A DNA stretch of 43,649 nt, from positions 1 to 43,649 of IMG/VR virus record IMGVR_UViG_3300022602_000179; one strand, given 5' to 3'. Source of the stretch: a virus (taxonomy: Duplodnaviria > Caudoviricetes). Made by a program: the position numbers and the translations under genes. Under the pieces are notes generated by a model that did no database searches, had not been told where the DNA came from, and saw only the letters and a program-made list of their open reading frames with translations. This document shows, one piece after another, positions 26,055 to 36,448 of the stretch. Each line of letters starts with the position of its first letter. Position 1 is the stretch's first letter.

Positions 26055-28706
26055 ATGCTTTGGAATTTTTATATAATAGACAGAAACGGTATTAATCATC
26101 CAATAGAAGAACCTGTTGGATGGGATGCCAATACCATTGATTTAAGCAGAGATGAAGATTGGCATGGTATATTTTTTACAGATACTGGTGGTGATTTTAA
26201 ATTTTACGGAGCTGCCAGAGATTTATTAAAAGCTGAGTATGAGGAATATGGCGTTCAAGGTCAGATGACTTTGGTAATGGAAGAGGATTGTGGTAGTGGA
26301 TTTGAAGAATTCAATCGTGGTGATTTTATGTTTAAAAACTACGAATATTATTGCGGTGACGAATGTTATGTAAAGATTGCACTGGAAGCCAGTGATGAAA
26401 CAATGGATTTACGTAACAGAATCAATCAGGTTGTAGATATGGATTCCAATATCGCTTTTGATGGAATTACAACCTTAGATACTTATGCTGCATTATCTAC
26501 TTCATTAAATCTGCCTTCAAAAGCTATCCTATTACAGGATAAAGCAGAATGGGAAGCAATTCAACCGCAAACGCCAAGTTTAAATGCTGTAGAGCCTGGA
26601 GAGTTTGATACATCTGAAGGGAATTATAATGTAGCCTGGTTTAATATCGTTCCACAATTTGAAAAAACTGATTTATCAGAGTTTGGAACATTTGCAACTG
26701 ATAATTCTCCAAATACTCAATTTGTCTGCGGTGCCTGTTTTTATGATATGACTAAATGTCCGGCATTAGAAAGAGTAGTGCCAGGTAATAATGCTTTTGG
26801 GTCGCTGGAATCTAAAATGGTATTATTTGATCCTGATGCTAATACAGCGTTACTATACAATGATTCAACAAACCTGAATAACATTGATCAGGTGCAGACT
26901 TTTAACGCTACCGTAAATTTTCAGGCTTCTATTACTCCCGTTTCAGCAGATATCAGAGCATTGTATGTTATAGTGGTAATCAAAAGAATGGATGGAACTT
27001 TTGATTATCTTGATAAGGTTAAAATAATTAATGCACAATGGGACGGTACAGACGGAGGCGATATTTCCAGCACTTATTGGGGTGCTCCCGGAATTTATAA
27101 CTTTTCTCATTCAGGTACTTATTCAAATATAACATTGAATACAGGCGAATATCTTTTCTATGCAATTTGTGGTTTAACAAAATTCATGAATACTGATATT
27201 GCATTGGATAAAGATATGTTTACAATTCAATTTACAGGCGGAAATGTTTTATTGCAAGCCTTAAGTAAAACGCCAACAAATATTGCAAAGGTTTATTGCA
27301 TTAATGAAGTGATCAGCAGAGTTGCAGAAAGTATTACCAATAATAAATTAAAAGCTTATAGTGAATATTTTGGCAGAATAGATAGTCAGCCATATAGTAC
27401 ACCTGCAGACGGTGACGGATCCATGGCCGTAGTTACCGATGGTCTGAGAATACGCAATCAGGAAAACAGATCAATTGCTGTAATTGATTTTGTAACTACT
27501 ACTCTAACTAATGTATTTTCACTTTGCCTTCAGGACTTATGGGATGGATTAACTCCAATCCATAATATTGGTATGGGAATAGAGCTGGATCCTAACAGAC
27601 CCGGTTATAATCGGTTACGTGTGGAGAATTGGCAATACTTCTACAATAATTCTGTTGTAATGAGCTGTATTGATATTGGCAATATTTCCAGAAAAGCTTA
27701 TGAAAAAGAAATTTACAGCACATTTCAATTTGGGTATCAGAAATGGGAGGCAGAAGAGTATAATGGTCTGGATGAATTTCTTACTATGGCAGATTACAGA
27801 ACAACCCTGAGTGAAGTTTACAACAATTTTGTGCAGACCAGCAAATTCATTGCAAGTGGATATGCTCTGGAAGTCACCAGAAGGAAAACAAACGACAGTA
27901 CTGACTGGAGATATGATAATGATTGTTTTATTATATGCGTAACCAGATATTTAAAAACAGGAACTGCCAGTGTACAGTTTCAAAGTTTTGCCAGTGAAAT
28001 TATTTTCAATTTGTCTGCGCCACTTGATGGACCTCCGGTAGTAGGGGATACTATTCAGGTATTAAATGCTACAATCAATACGGGCGTTTATGTGATAGCG
28101 GTGGTTTTTAATGATGGCACTGTAAATGTCGGAGGTACTTACCCGGTGAAAGTATCCATTTGGGGTATTTTAACCAACGAGACCGTTGCATCTGGTGAAT
28201 ATGTAATTAATCCGAAAAACGGATTCAGAGTAGAACAGGGAAATATTACTAATCCATTAAATATACTGGATCCTGCAAGTGTTTATAATTACCGTATAAG
28301 CCCATTGCGTAATGCAATGCGATGGATGAACAGAATATTTACCAGCTATAAACAGTTCAATTCAAATGCTCAGTTATTATTCACAGACGGGAATGGTAAT
28401 TATTACGCTCAGGGAGAAATGACTTCACCTATCGCAAGGCTTGAAAATGGAGTGATTTCAGAAAGTCAAACGATCAATTCAGCAATTTATGCTGATTCAG
28501 ACAATGCAAAACCTATCACACTAGCAGAAAGAATAGAGTTTGATTACCCTATAAACAGCAGAGATTATAAAAATCTTCAATCTAATCCTTATGGCCTTAT
28601 TTACTTTTCAAATGACTGTGAAGAAGGTTATGGATGGATTGATACTGTAAGCTACAAGCCAGAACAGGGAATAGCAACATTTACTTTAATACCAAAAATG
28701 ATGTAA
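26055..28706 (+). CDS. Tail tip / hub protein
   Basis: Follows the TMP; EPVGWD N-terminus; beta-rich 883 aa. Confidence 0.65.
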   Translation: MLWNFYIIDRNGINHPIEEPVGWDANTIDLSRDEDWHGIFFTDTGGDFKFYGAARDLLKAEYEEYGVQGQMTLVMEEDCGSGFEEFNRGDFMFKNYEYYCGDECYVKIALEASDETMDLRNRINQVVDMDSNIAFDGITTLDTYAALSTSLNLPSKAILLQDKAEWEAIQPQTPSLNAVEPGEFDTSEGNYNVAWFNIVPQFEKTDLSEFGTFATDNSPNTQFVCGACFYDMTKCPALERVVPGNNAFGSLESKMVLFDPDANTALLYNDSTNLNNIDQVQTFNATVNFQASITPVSADIRALYVIVVIKRMDGTFDYLDKVKIINAQWDGTDGGDISSTYWGAPGIYNFSHSGTYSNITLNTGEYLFYAICGLTKFMNTDIALDKDMFTIQFTGGNVLLQALSKTPTNIAKVYCINEVISRVAESITNNKLKAYSEYFGRIDSQPYSTPADGDGSMAVVTDGLRIRNQENRSIAVIDFVTTTLTNVFSLCLQDLWDGLTPIHNIGMGIELDPNRPGYNRLRVENWQYFYNNSVVMSCIDIGNISRKAYEKEIYSTFQFGYQKWEAEEYNGLDEFLTMADYRTTLSEVYNNFVQTSKFIASGYALEVTRRKTNDSTDWRYDNDCFIICVTRYLKTGTASVQFQSFASEIIFNLSAPLDGPPVVGDTIQVLNATINTGVYVIAVVFNDGTVNVGGTYPVKVSIWGILTNETVASGEYVINPKNGFRVEQGNITNPLNILDPASVYNYRISPLRNAMRWMNRIFTSYKQFNSNAQLLFTDGNGNYYAQGEMTSPIARLENGVISESQTINSAIYADSDNAKPITLAERIEFDYPINSRDYKNLQSNPYGLIYFSNDCEEGYGWIDTVSYKPEQGIATFTLIPKMM

Positions 28707-28708
28707 TT

Positions 28709-30151
28709 ATGCCAACACCAGCTTTTAATATAGTTTCACCTCAGTTCAGCTTTGTCAATTTCAATGCTGTTCCGGCAGTAGAAAAATGTTGCATGGGTGA
28801 TGATGATGTTTGTCTTCCAGTTATTAATGACAACGATATCGCTTTTCAATTCAGCATTGAGACAGATTCTATTGCTGATGCAGATACTGTTTTTGCAACT
28901 GATTTATCACAAATTCAATTGATATTACTGGATGTATCAGGAGTGGTAATTCATAATTTCACTGTTACAGATAGTTTACAATTTGAAAAATACAGAACCG
29001 GAACGAATCAGGTAACTTATTTATGGAGAAACCCCTTAAATGGATTAACATCTGGAGCTACTCCATTAATTCAAAATGATATATGCTTTAGTTTTCAGAT
29101 TTCAGCTACTGTAATCTTTTCTGGTACTTCAGTAAATCAAACTGCAACATCAAACTGTTTTATTCGTAAAAGCGGAGATTGTTTTACTTCAGTACTGGAG
29201 TATTATAATGACGATGATTATGCTGATTTTGAATATTGCAATGTTACTAATCCAATTAACCGGATCCGGTTATATTTATATGTAAATCAACCACAATCAA
29301 AAGAAGATAAAGCGATTTACAGAAAAAGTAATGGCGTGATCAAACAAACCCGATCGTTAATTACTAAAGAGTATGTTTGTTGGACAGAAAACTATACGGA
29401 AGACATTCATGATAAGATTACCGTTATTTTCGGGCATGACAATATAAATATTGAATCTTCTAACTATACGGGTGGTTTAAGTAAGTCGTCTGATTATGTA
29501 ATTGACTGGAGTGATACCTTCTGCAAAGCAACTGCTACATTTAAAGCACTGGCCACTCCTTATGCAGTTAAGAATAATAATTGCGCAGATTGTGATCCTG
29601 TATTATTATGCACAGGACGCACTGTATCTTCAATTGGAATTACAGATTCTTTAGTATCCGGTATAATAAATTATTCGGCTTCATGGATTAATATTGGAGG
29701 AATTCCTGAAGCGGGAGATATTATTGAAGTCAGTACCGATGGTATAGTATGGAGTACACCTGCAGGTTTGGTAATGGATTCACCTACATCATGTCATTTC
29801 AATACTGGAAGCAGTACAGTTACTTCATTCTATATCAGAATAACACCAAGTTGTGGAACAGGAGATAATGGAATTCCAGTAGTATTTTATTATTCAACCG
29901 ATTATTCTTCAGTTTTTACAACTGCATCTATAACTACAGATTCATTCATGATTAATACAGCATTTGCTGCTGGAGTAACATGGGATTTAAGCCTTGATGG
30001 AGGGTTGACTTATACCGCATCCGGATTGACGTCAACAAATTACACTGTATCCGGATTAACTACCGGAACAACTTATTCAGTTGTAAGAAGAATGCATAGC
30101 ATTTCAGGAATAATAACAGTATTGGCCCCGGTTAGCGTAACAACATTATAA
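28709..30151 (+). CDS. Tail protein with C-terminal FN3-like domains
   Basis: YTVSGLTTGTTYSVV FN3 signature; Ser/Thr-rich C-terminal half. Confidence 0.65.
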   Translation: MPTPAFNIVSPQFSFVNFNAVPAVEKCCMGDDDVCLPVINDNDIAFQFSIETDSIADADTVFATDLSQIQLILLDVSGVVIHNFTVTDSLQFEKYRTGTNQVTYLWRNPLNGLTSGATPLIQNDICFSFQISATVIFSGTSVNQTATSNCFIRKSGDCFTSVLEYYNDDDYADFEYCNVTNPINRIRLYLYVNQPQSKEDKAIYRKSNGVIKQTRSLITKEYVCWTENYTEDIHDKITVIFGHDNINIESSNYTGGLSKSSDYVIDWSDTFCKATATFKALATPYAVKNNNCADCDPVLLCTGRTVSSIGITDSLVSGIINYSASWINIGGIPEAGDIIEVSTDGIVWSTPAGLVMDSPTSCHFNTGSSTVTSFYIRITPSCGTGDNGIPVVFYYSTDYSSVFTTASITTDSFMINTAFAAGVTWDLSLDGGLTYTASGLTSTNYTVSGLTTGTTYSVVRRMHSISGIITVLAPVSVTTL

Positions 30152-30153
30152 TT

Positions 30154-30993
30154 ATGACAAAAGGAATATTAATACAAGCTTTAGGACACCATAATTACTA
30201 TCAGATGGCCGTTGTATTAGCTGCCTCCATAAAGGCTAACGATCCTGATATACCTGTTTGTCTGGTTACAGATCACACAGTTGCTATTGCACATGCTAAA
30301 CTGTTTGATTGGGTAACATTTCCAATAGAAGAAAGTATTACCAATAAAGGTAAGAAAGAATACATAAAAGCTAAACTGTTTATGTATGATTATAGTCCTT
30401 TTGATGAAACAATTTTTATGGATGTAGATCAGATTGTTATTAGCGGTAGAAAACTTTCAACTGTTTTTGACGAGCTGAAAGATATCGATATTACATTCAG
30501 CAATACAGGTATTGCTAATATAAGCATTTGGGCTAAAATTGAGGAAGTAAAAGAATTATATGGAGATAAACCATTCTGGAATTTTCATAGTGAGTTTGTT
30601 TATTTCAAAAAAAATGATGAGGTAAAAAATTATTTTGAGGTTGCAAAAATGGTTTATAACGAAGCAGAAATACAATCTGCATTAAAATTTGCAAACGGAT
30701 CCATGGCCGATGAATTAGCATTTCAGTGCGCAGCTATGATAACAGGTATTTATCCTCACAAAGAGAATTGGACACCGAACTTCTGGTTTGACAGACACCC
30801 TAAACAAGCTTATAAATATCCTTATGAACTCGTTGATAACATCACTTATAGTATTGGTGGTAAATCTAATCCACAACATGTGAAAACCTGTTATAATACA
30901 CTGGCGAAGGCATACTTCGTGAAACTTGGTTTGCTCAATCCTTATCAGGTGGTTGACAAACGAACTTATTTACCTGAGAGAAGATTAATTTAA
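30154..30993 (+). CDS. GT-A fold glycosyltransferase-like protein
   Basis: KAKLFMYDYSPFDETIFMDVD (DxD), NFHSEFVYF and ADELAF resemble GT8-type enzymes. Confidence 0.75.
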   Translation: MTKGILIQALGHHNYYQMAVVLAASIKANDPDIPVCLVTDHTVAIAHAKLFDWVTFPIEESITNKGKKEYIKAKLFMYDYSPFDETIFMDVDQIVISGRKLSTVFDELKDIDITFSNTGIANISIWAKIEEVKELYGDKPFWNFHSEFVYFKKNDEVKNYFEVAKMVYNEAEIQSALKFANGSMADELAFQCAAMITGIYPHKENWTPNFWFDRHPKQAYKYPYELVDNITYSIGGKSNPQHVKTCYNTLAKAYFVKLGLLNPYQVVDKRTYLPERRLI

Positions 30994-30994
30994 C

Positions 30995-32824
30995 ATGCCA
31001 AAAATTAGCAATGATTTATTACAAACGTACTTTTTAAGTTCTAATCGTCATCCTATTTATCAGGAGACTGTTCATTTATACAACAGTATGAGGATTCACT
31101 CGGATGGTGAGTTTCCTGGAGAAATGATATCTAAGAGAAGACCAGGAGAGAATGAGGATATTTTAGAATATCGTAAGCGAACTTATAAAGCTATTACAAA
31201 GCTTCCAGTAAGTAAAGTTATCACTTCTTTAAGTAAGATAAGAAGAAGTCCGGATTGGATGCTTGGCTTTGATAAAGAAGCGGTACCCAAAAAAATACCT
31301 GCTGAAGAAACGCTGGAATTCTACTGTAACAATAATCTGCCCGGATTTGGTAATATTACAGATTGGGCATTTAATATTTTACTCAAGCAGAATTGTATTG
31401 ACGCAAATGCGGTTATAGCTGTAATACCCCTGGAGCCTGTCAAGGATAATGAATTTATAAAACCTGTACCTATTATTTTCAACGCAGACCGGGTCCTGGA
31501 ATTCAGTGTTGAAAAACAAATAGCTATCCTCAAGAGCAAAAAGAAAATCAATTATCTGCTGGATAATGGAGCTATTAATTTCAATCAGGGTGAAAGGTTT
31601 TATTATGTAGATAATTTTGAAATAGTTATTTACGATCAGGATAAATCAGGCTTCACACCTGTTTTTCAACAAAGACATAACCTTGGTATCATGCCAGTGT
31701 TTAAAGTTAAAGGAGAAGCTTTTATACAGTATGATAATATGGTTGTTAATCGCAGTCGGTTGGATGCAATGATTCCGTTTCTGGATGAGGCTGCCTGTGA
31801 ATATTCTGATTTGAAAGGAAGTAAAATTCAACATTTATATCCATTGTTCTGGTATTATCAGAATAAAGATTGTAATAAATGTGGTGGGACCGGTAAACAC
31901 CCCGGAGAGGACAAACCTGTCGAATGTAAAGAATGCAGTGGAACTGGTAAAGTCAAATTTTCTCCTTTTGCTCACTTACAGATTGATCCTGCAGAAATAG
32001 GTAAACAAGCCAATCCTATGCCACCTGCAGGTTATATTGAGAGGGATACTAAGATTCTGGAACTACAGGAATCAAGTGTTGATAAAAACAACTTCAAGGC
32101 TTTAGCGGCTATCAATATGCAGTTCCTGGATCAGACCCCACTAAATATTAGCGGAGATGCTAAAAATGTAGATAGAGAAGAGCTCAACAATTTTGTTTAT
32201 AATTTTGCTGAAGATCTGGTAGCGTCAATTGATAAGGTTATTTACTGGATAAATGAATGGAGGTATAGTTATTTAATTCCTGACAAAACAGCCAGAGAGG
32301 CAATGTTGCCAAATATTCCGGTACCGCAAAACTTTGATCTGTTACCATCCAGTTATTTGATAGACGAACTGACTAAAGCCCGTGCAAATAATTCAAATCC
32401 ATTCTTATTGGCAAAACTGGAAGAAGATATTGCAGTCAAAAAATTCTATAATGATCCTCAGTTAGCCGCTATCATAAAATTGTTTTTCGAGTTGGATCCA
32501 ATTCCTGGAGTAACAATAGAAGAAAAACTTATTCTGATATCCAATAAAGCTATTACTCAACAGGATTTAATATTGAGTAGCTATATGTCGCAGTTTATCA
32601 AGAGAGCTATTATTGATAATCCTGATTTTCTTACAATCCCTTATGATGCACAGATGAAAATGCTGAATAAATATGTGGATGAGAAGATGAAAACAAATGA
32701 TGCTGCACAACAGATTATTGATAATAAAAAACAGCAGGTAATGGAAGAATTACAGCAGCAACAGATTTTACAACAACAGCAGCAACAGCAATCTCAACAG
32801 GAAATTCCACCTAATACATTGTAA
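30995..32824 (+). CDS. Portal protein with DnaJ-type Zn-finger insert and poly-Q tail
   Basis: Size and position before MuF; RPGENEDILEYR N-terminal motif; CNKCGGTG/CKECSGTG. Confidence 0.65.
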   Translation: MPKISNDLLQTYFLSSNRHPIYQETVHLYNSMRIHSDGEFPGEMISKRRPGENEDILEYRKRTYKAITKLPVSKVITSLSKIRRSPDWMLGFDKEAVPKKIPAEETLEFYCNNNLPGFGNITDWAFNILLKQNCIDANAVIAVIPLEPVKDNEFIKPVPIIFNADRVLEFSVEKQIAILKSKKKINYLLDNGAINFNQGERFYYVDNFEIVIYDQDKSGFTPVFQQRHNLGIMPVFKVKGEAFIQYDNMVVNRSRLDAMIPFLDEAACEYSDLKGSKIQHLYPLFWYYQNKDCNKCGGTGKHPGEDKPVECKECSGTGKVKFSPFAHLQIDPAEIGKQANPMPPAGYIERDTKILELQESSVDKNNFKALAAINMQFLDQTPLNISGDAKNVDREELNNFVYNFAEDLVASIDKVIYWINEWRYSYLIPDKTAREAMLPNIPVPQNFDLLPSSYLIDELTKARANNSNPFLLAKLEEDIAVKKFYNDPQLAAIIKLFFELDPIPGVTIEEKLILISNKAITQQDLILSSYMSQFIKRAIIDNPDFLTIPYDAQMKMLNKYVDEKMKTNDAAQQIIDNKKQQVMEELQQQQILQQQQQQQSQQEIPPNTL

Positions 32825-34344
32825 TGGATCAGTCAATTCAGGATATTTTAAAAACAATAGATGACTCTATAGCAAAGTTTCAGGATGCTATTCCAGCTAT
32901 CCAGAAGGTTATGTATGAAGAGTTACAACCATTAGTAAAGCAACTGGAGGTTAGTAATGGCAAACTATTGAATAATGTCCAGAATTTAAAGTTGCTTGGT
33001 TCACTTAAAAACACACTGGAAAAGGTAATTATAAATACTGATTATAAAAATTCAGTTTCAAATTTTATTGATAGCTTTTCGGATGTCAGTAATTTACAAA
33101 CTGATTATTTTAAACAGTTCAATCAAAAATTTACACCTTCAAAAACATTGCCGATTATTAAGGAATTGGCAATAGAACAAACGGTTAATGATCTGATGGG
33201 ACAGGGATTAATGAGTAATATTATTGATCCTATTAAAAATATCATTAATCAGAATATAACTACAGGTGGCAATTATGCACAGTTCCAGGAGCAATTACAA
33301 AATCATATTCTGAATAATAGTACTGGTGATGGTGCATTAAAGAGATATACCCAGCAGATCACAACAGATGCGATCAATCAATACAATGCTCAATATGCTG
33401 AAACGATTGCTCAGGACCTGCAATTTAGCTGGGGAAGGTATGTAGGTAGCAATATTAAAACTACACGTGAATTTTGCCGTTGTTTAACAAAAAAACAATG
33501 GGTACATAAAAGTGAATTACCAACAATAATTGAGGGGGATATTGATGGGCACCAATGTAAACTGAGTAAATCAACAGGATTACCAATTGGCATGATTCCA
33601 GATACTAATGCTTCTAATTTCAAGATAAGAAGAGGAGGTTATAATTGTGGTCATCAGTTTTTTTGGGTTCCGGATAGTGCCGTTCCGGCAGCTATTAAAG
33701 CTGCTTTAGGAAATGATACAAACCCTGTAAAGGCTGCACCTGTAATGCCGTCAATGGTTGATAAAAATAACATAGGTAAACTAGATAAAGTCAGTTTATT
33801 CAAAGATGCATTTAAAGAATTTGATTCAGCAGTTAAGTTGCATAAAGAAACTGGTAAAACAAGTTTTGGAACAGATTTGTCTGGAATTGAAAAATATAAA
33901 CTAACTGAAGAAGAGGGGAAAGTTATTTACACTTATACGACAAATGCACATGATGAAATAAACTCTCAATTATATTCCGGAAACCCATCAGCACCGGTAA
34001 AAGAATTTGAAAATTTATTGAATGGTATATTAAATAAATTGCCTGACTATGAAGGGAATGTTGTTAGAAACTATACACCTAAAAATATGACAACGGAAGA
34101 GCAATTAAAACAGTACTCTCAAAATATTGGAGGTGTAATTGATTTCGATGGATTTTTATCTACATCAAAAGATCCTGATTTCAACTGGAATCTTAAAATT
34201 AAATATTATATCATTTCTAAAACTGGAAAATTAATAGAAAACATATCAGCTCATTCACTTGAACAGGAAGTTTTGTTTAAAACAAAGACAAAATTCATAA
34301 TTATTAATGTAGAAGATAATAATGTTTATCTGGAAGAAGTTTAA
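32824..34344 (+). CDS. MuF/minor head protein fused to an ADP-ribosyltransferase toxin domain
   Basis: MuF motifs TTREFC and GGYNCGH; ART motifs YTYT..INS.L, VVR, FLSTS and EQEVLF. Confidence 0.85.
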   Translation: MDQSIQDILKTIDDSIAKFQDAIPAIQKVMYEELQPLVKQLEVSNGKLLNNVQNLKLLGSLKNTLEKVIINTDYKNSVSNFIDSFSDVSNLQTDYFKQFNQKFTPSKTLPIIKELAIEQTVNDLMGQGLMSNIIDPIKNIINQNITTGGNYAQFQEQLQNHILNNSTGDGALKRYTQQITTDAINQYNAQYAETIAQDLQFSWGRYVGSNIKTTREFCRCLTKKQWVHKSELPTIIEGDIDGHQCKLSKSTGLPIGMIPDTNASNFKIRRGGYNCGHQFFWVPDSAVPAAIKAALGNDTNPVKAAPVMPSMVDKNNIGKLDKVSLFKDAFKEFDSAVKLHKETGKTSFGTDLSGIEKYKLTEEEGKVIYTYTTNAHDEINSQLYSGNPSAPVKEFENLLNGILNKLPDYEGNVVRNYTPKNMTTEEQLKQYSQNIGGVIDFDGFLSTSKDPDFNWNLKIKYYIISKTGKLIENISAHSLEQEVLFKTKTKFIIINVEDNNVYLEEV

Positions 34345-34511
34345 TTTTTATTCTTCATTTTCTTTCTTATAGCATTAACTCTTTTTAATTCTTCAGGAGT
34401 TAATTCACTATCAGGAATAAATTTTCCGGCACCTGCACTTTGCATTTTGCTTTTCATATTGTCAACAGTAGCTTTTGGCAAATCGGCAAGCGTTTTTATT
34501 TTATCTGTCAT
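34341..34511 (-). CDS. Small basic protein (56 aa; absent from ORF track)
   Basis: MTDKIKTLADLPK...KKMKNKN*; ATGA-coupled to the upstream gene; its stop overlaps the toxin stop. Confidence 0.6.
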   Translation of the reverse strand: MTDKIKTLADLPKATVDNMKSKMQSAGAGKFIPDSELTPEELKRVNAIRKKMKNKN

Positions 34512-34747
34512 AATAAATCTTTTACAATTTTACTGGTATCAATTAATATACTGTTATTGTCCCTCCAGTATATACATCCAAAGTATTCACAAGTCCATAA
34601 TGTTCCTTCATCGCTAAGCTTTGTTTTCCCATCCAACGCCACTTTCATACCAACGCCAACATTATTACAAATTCCAAAAACATCACCAGAATACTTTTCA
34701 GCAATTCTATCCCAAGAGACACATGTTTGACAAAATTTACCCGCCAT
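34508..34747 (-). CDS. Cys-rich small protein
   Basis: CQTCVSW...GIC...C...GCIYW pattern. Confidence 0.65.
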   Translation of the reverse strand: MAGKFCQTCVSWDRIAEKYSGDVFGICNNVGVGMKVALDGKTKLSDEGTLWTCEYFGCIYWRDNNSILIDTSKIVKDLL

Positions 34748-34910
34748 TTATATTTTCATTTTTAAGATAAGCATCTTTTAAAAGTTTGTTCACCGTCTTT
34801 TCTAAACTAACTTTTTTACCTAACTTTTTAGTGAACTCTAATTGCTTATCATAAATCAAATCTACAACAGTTTTGTCAATATTCTTTGCATTCAAAAGAA
34901 TTGCTGTCAT
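34737..34910 (-). CDS. Ribbon-helix-helix-like DNA-binding protein (57 aa; absent from ORF track)
   Basis: MTAILLNAKNIDKTVVDLIYDKQ...VSLEKTVNKLLKDAY fits strand-helix-helix; has its own -7 box at 34925-34932 (-). Confidence 0.6.
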   Translation of the reverse strand: MTAILLNAKNIDKTVVDLIYDKQLEFTKKLGKKVSLEKTVNKLLKDAYLKNENINGG

Positions 34911-34924
34911 TATAATAGTTTTAG

Positions 34925-34982
34925 CAAATTTAGTAATATTTTTATCTTTAAGAGTATTTATTTATCTAAATGAATATTTTTA
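34925..34982. promoter_or_regulatory. Divergent promoter with tandem boxes 20 bp apart
   Basis: TAAATTTG (-) 34925-34932; TTATCTTTAAGAGTA 34942-34956; TTATCTAAATGAATA 34962-34976; degenerate -7 TATTTTTA. Confidence 0.65.
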
Positions 34983-35056
34983 CAATTCAATAATGAGGTT
35001 TAGAAATGGTTTAAGTCCATTCCTCACAACAAATTTTTACTTATAAATTATATTTT

Positions 35057-35506
35057 ATGTCAAAAGTTTTAGTCATCAGAAAACCAGACAAAACAGTTCA
35101 TTCAGTGCCATTGAGTAATAAATCACGATTATTGGCGTATAATAAAAATCTGCCTGATACTCATAAATGGACTTTTGAAGAAATGGAAGAAGAGCTTGCT
35201 TCCAAACTTCCTTTCATTGATGAAAGTTTTGTTTCTGCTGCTGAAGCTATAATAAAGGTGAAGGACCTGGAAGGAACATTAGCTGAAAGACAAGCAGTAT
35301 TAGATTCCAAAAATGAAGAGCTGGAGACTGCTAATGCAAAACTTGCTGAATTGCAGAAACAACTAGCAGAAACTTCCAGTGCAAAAGAAAAAATTGCTTT
35401 AATAAAAGCGGCTAAATCTAAGGAGGAGGTAACTAACATTCTTGGTGATGATACCAGGACTACAGTTGTCGCTGCTGCTAACGATATGATTGCTTCTTTC
35501 GAATAA
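35057..35506 (+). CDS. Hypothetical head-operon protein (coiled coil plus small helical domain)
   Basis: First gene after the promoter. Confidence 0.6.
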   Translation: MSKVLVIRKPDKTVHSVPLSNKSRLLAYNKNLPDTHKWTFEEMEEELASKLPFIDESFVSAAEAIIKVKDLEGTLAERQAVLDSKNEELETANAKLAELQKQLAETSSAKEKIALIKAAKSKEEVTNILGDDTRTTVVAAANDMIASFE

Positions 35507-35547
35507 AATATTTAATCCCGATTGTTCAACAACAATAATACTTTTTT

Positions 35548-36402
35548 ATGGCTAAGATAGGTACATTAATAGAGAAACTTTTTAAGAAAGCAGGTATTGA
35601 TACTACTACTGAAGAATTGAAACCAATATTTGCTTTAGATACTGAAGTATCAGATGATACTATTGGTAAAGTAGATAAGAATCTATTAACTATTGAAGCC
35701 GCAAAAAGTAATAGTGAAGTGAATAAAGCTTTACGCCAGTCCATCCTTGGGGTTGCTGACAGCAAAATGGATGAGTTGATTATAGAACTTGGATTGAATC
35801 CTGGTGAAGAGTTTGCCAACAATAAGAATACCTATGAAAAGATGGTTCAGCTCACCAAGCTGGCTCTTGAATCAGGCAAAAAAGCTTCCAGCACTTCTAA
35901 TAAAGATGATTTTGCCAAAAAAGAAGCAGATTATAACAAGCAGCTTAAAGAATTAAAAGATTCAATAACTACTAAAGAGACAGAATTTAAAAATATAAGG
36001 GATAACGATCTTACATCGTTTGAACTTCAGAAGATACTGTTAGGTAAAGAGTATGTCTTACCTAAAGAAATGGATACCAATCTTAAAGTTAATACAGCTT
36101 TAGGGGCGGTTCAAAACGAACTTTCCAAAAAAGGATTCAGTATTAAACGTAATGAATCCGGTCAATTAGTAATCGTGAACAAAGAAGGGCAACCTGCTTA
36201 TTCCGATACTAACGAGGCGTTAGAGCCTAACACATTCATAGACGGTGCGCTCGCACAAAACAAGTTGTTGAAAATTAATGATGCCAGTCAACAACAGCAG
36301 CAACAGGCATCAAGTGGGGCAACGATTATTCAAAACAATAAAGTTGTAGGCAATTCTGCTATTGTGGCAGAAATTGAAGAGCAACTTAATCAGTTCAAAT
36401 AA
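35548..36402 (+). CDS. Capsid scaffold protein
   Basis: Helical, charged, with a Q-rich linker; directly before the capsid gene. Confidence 0.65.
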   Translation: MAKIGTLIEKLFKKAGIDTTTEELKPIFALDTEVSDDTIGKVDKNLLTIEAAKSNSEVNKALRQSILGVADSKMDELIIELGLNPGEEFANNKNTYEKMVQLTKLALESGKKASSTSNKDDFAKKEADYNKQLKELKDSITTKETEFKNIRDNDLTSFELQKILLGKEYVLPKEMDTNLKVNTALGAVQNELSKKGFSIKRNESGQLVIVNKEGQPAYSDTNEALEPNTFIDGALAQNKLLKINDASQQQQQQASSGATIIQNNKVVGNSAIVAEIEEQLNQFK

Positions 36403-36448
36403 TACCACGCCCGGTACTATTTCTTTTTACTTTTTTAATTTTAATTAC

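Noticed and set aside
32754-32800. CAG/CAA repeat as contingency locus
   Set aside because: Mixed codons encoding a poly-Q tail; not a pure slippage tract.
34440-34730. Plus-strand 96-aa ORF as co-oriented immunity gene
   Set aside because: Non-ATG start and antisense to coupled minus-strand ORFs that have their own promoter; likely a shadow ORF.
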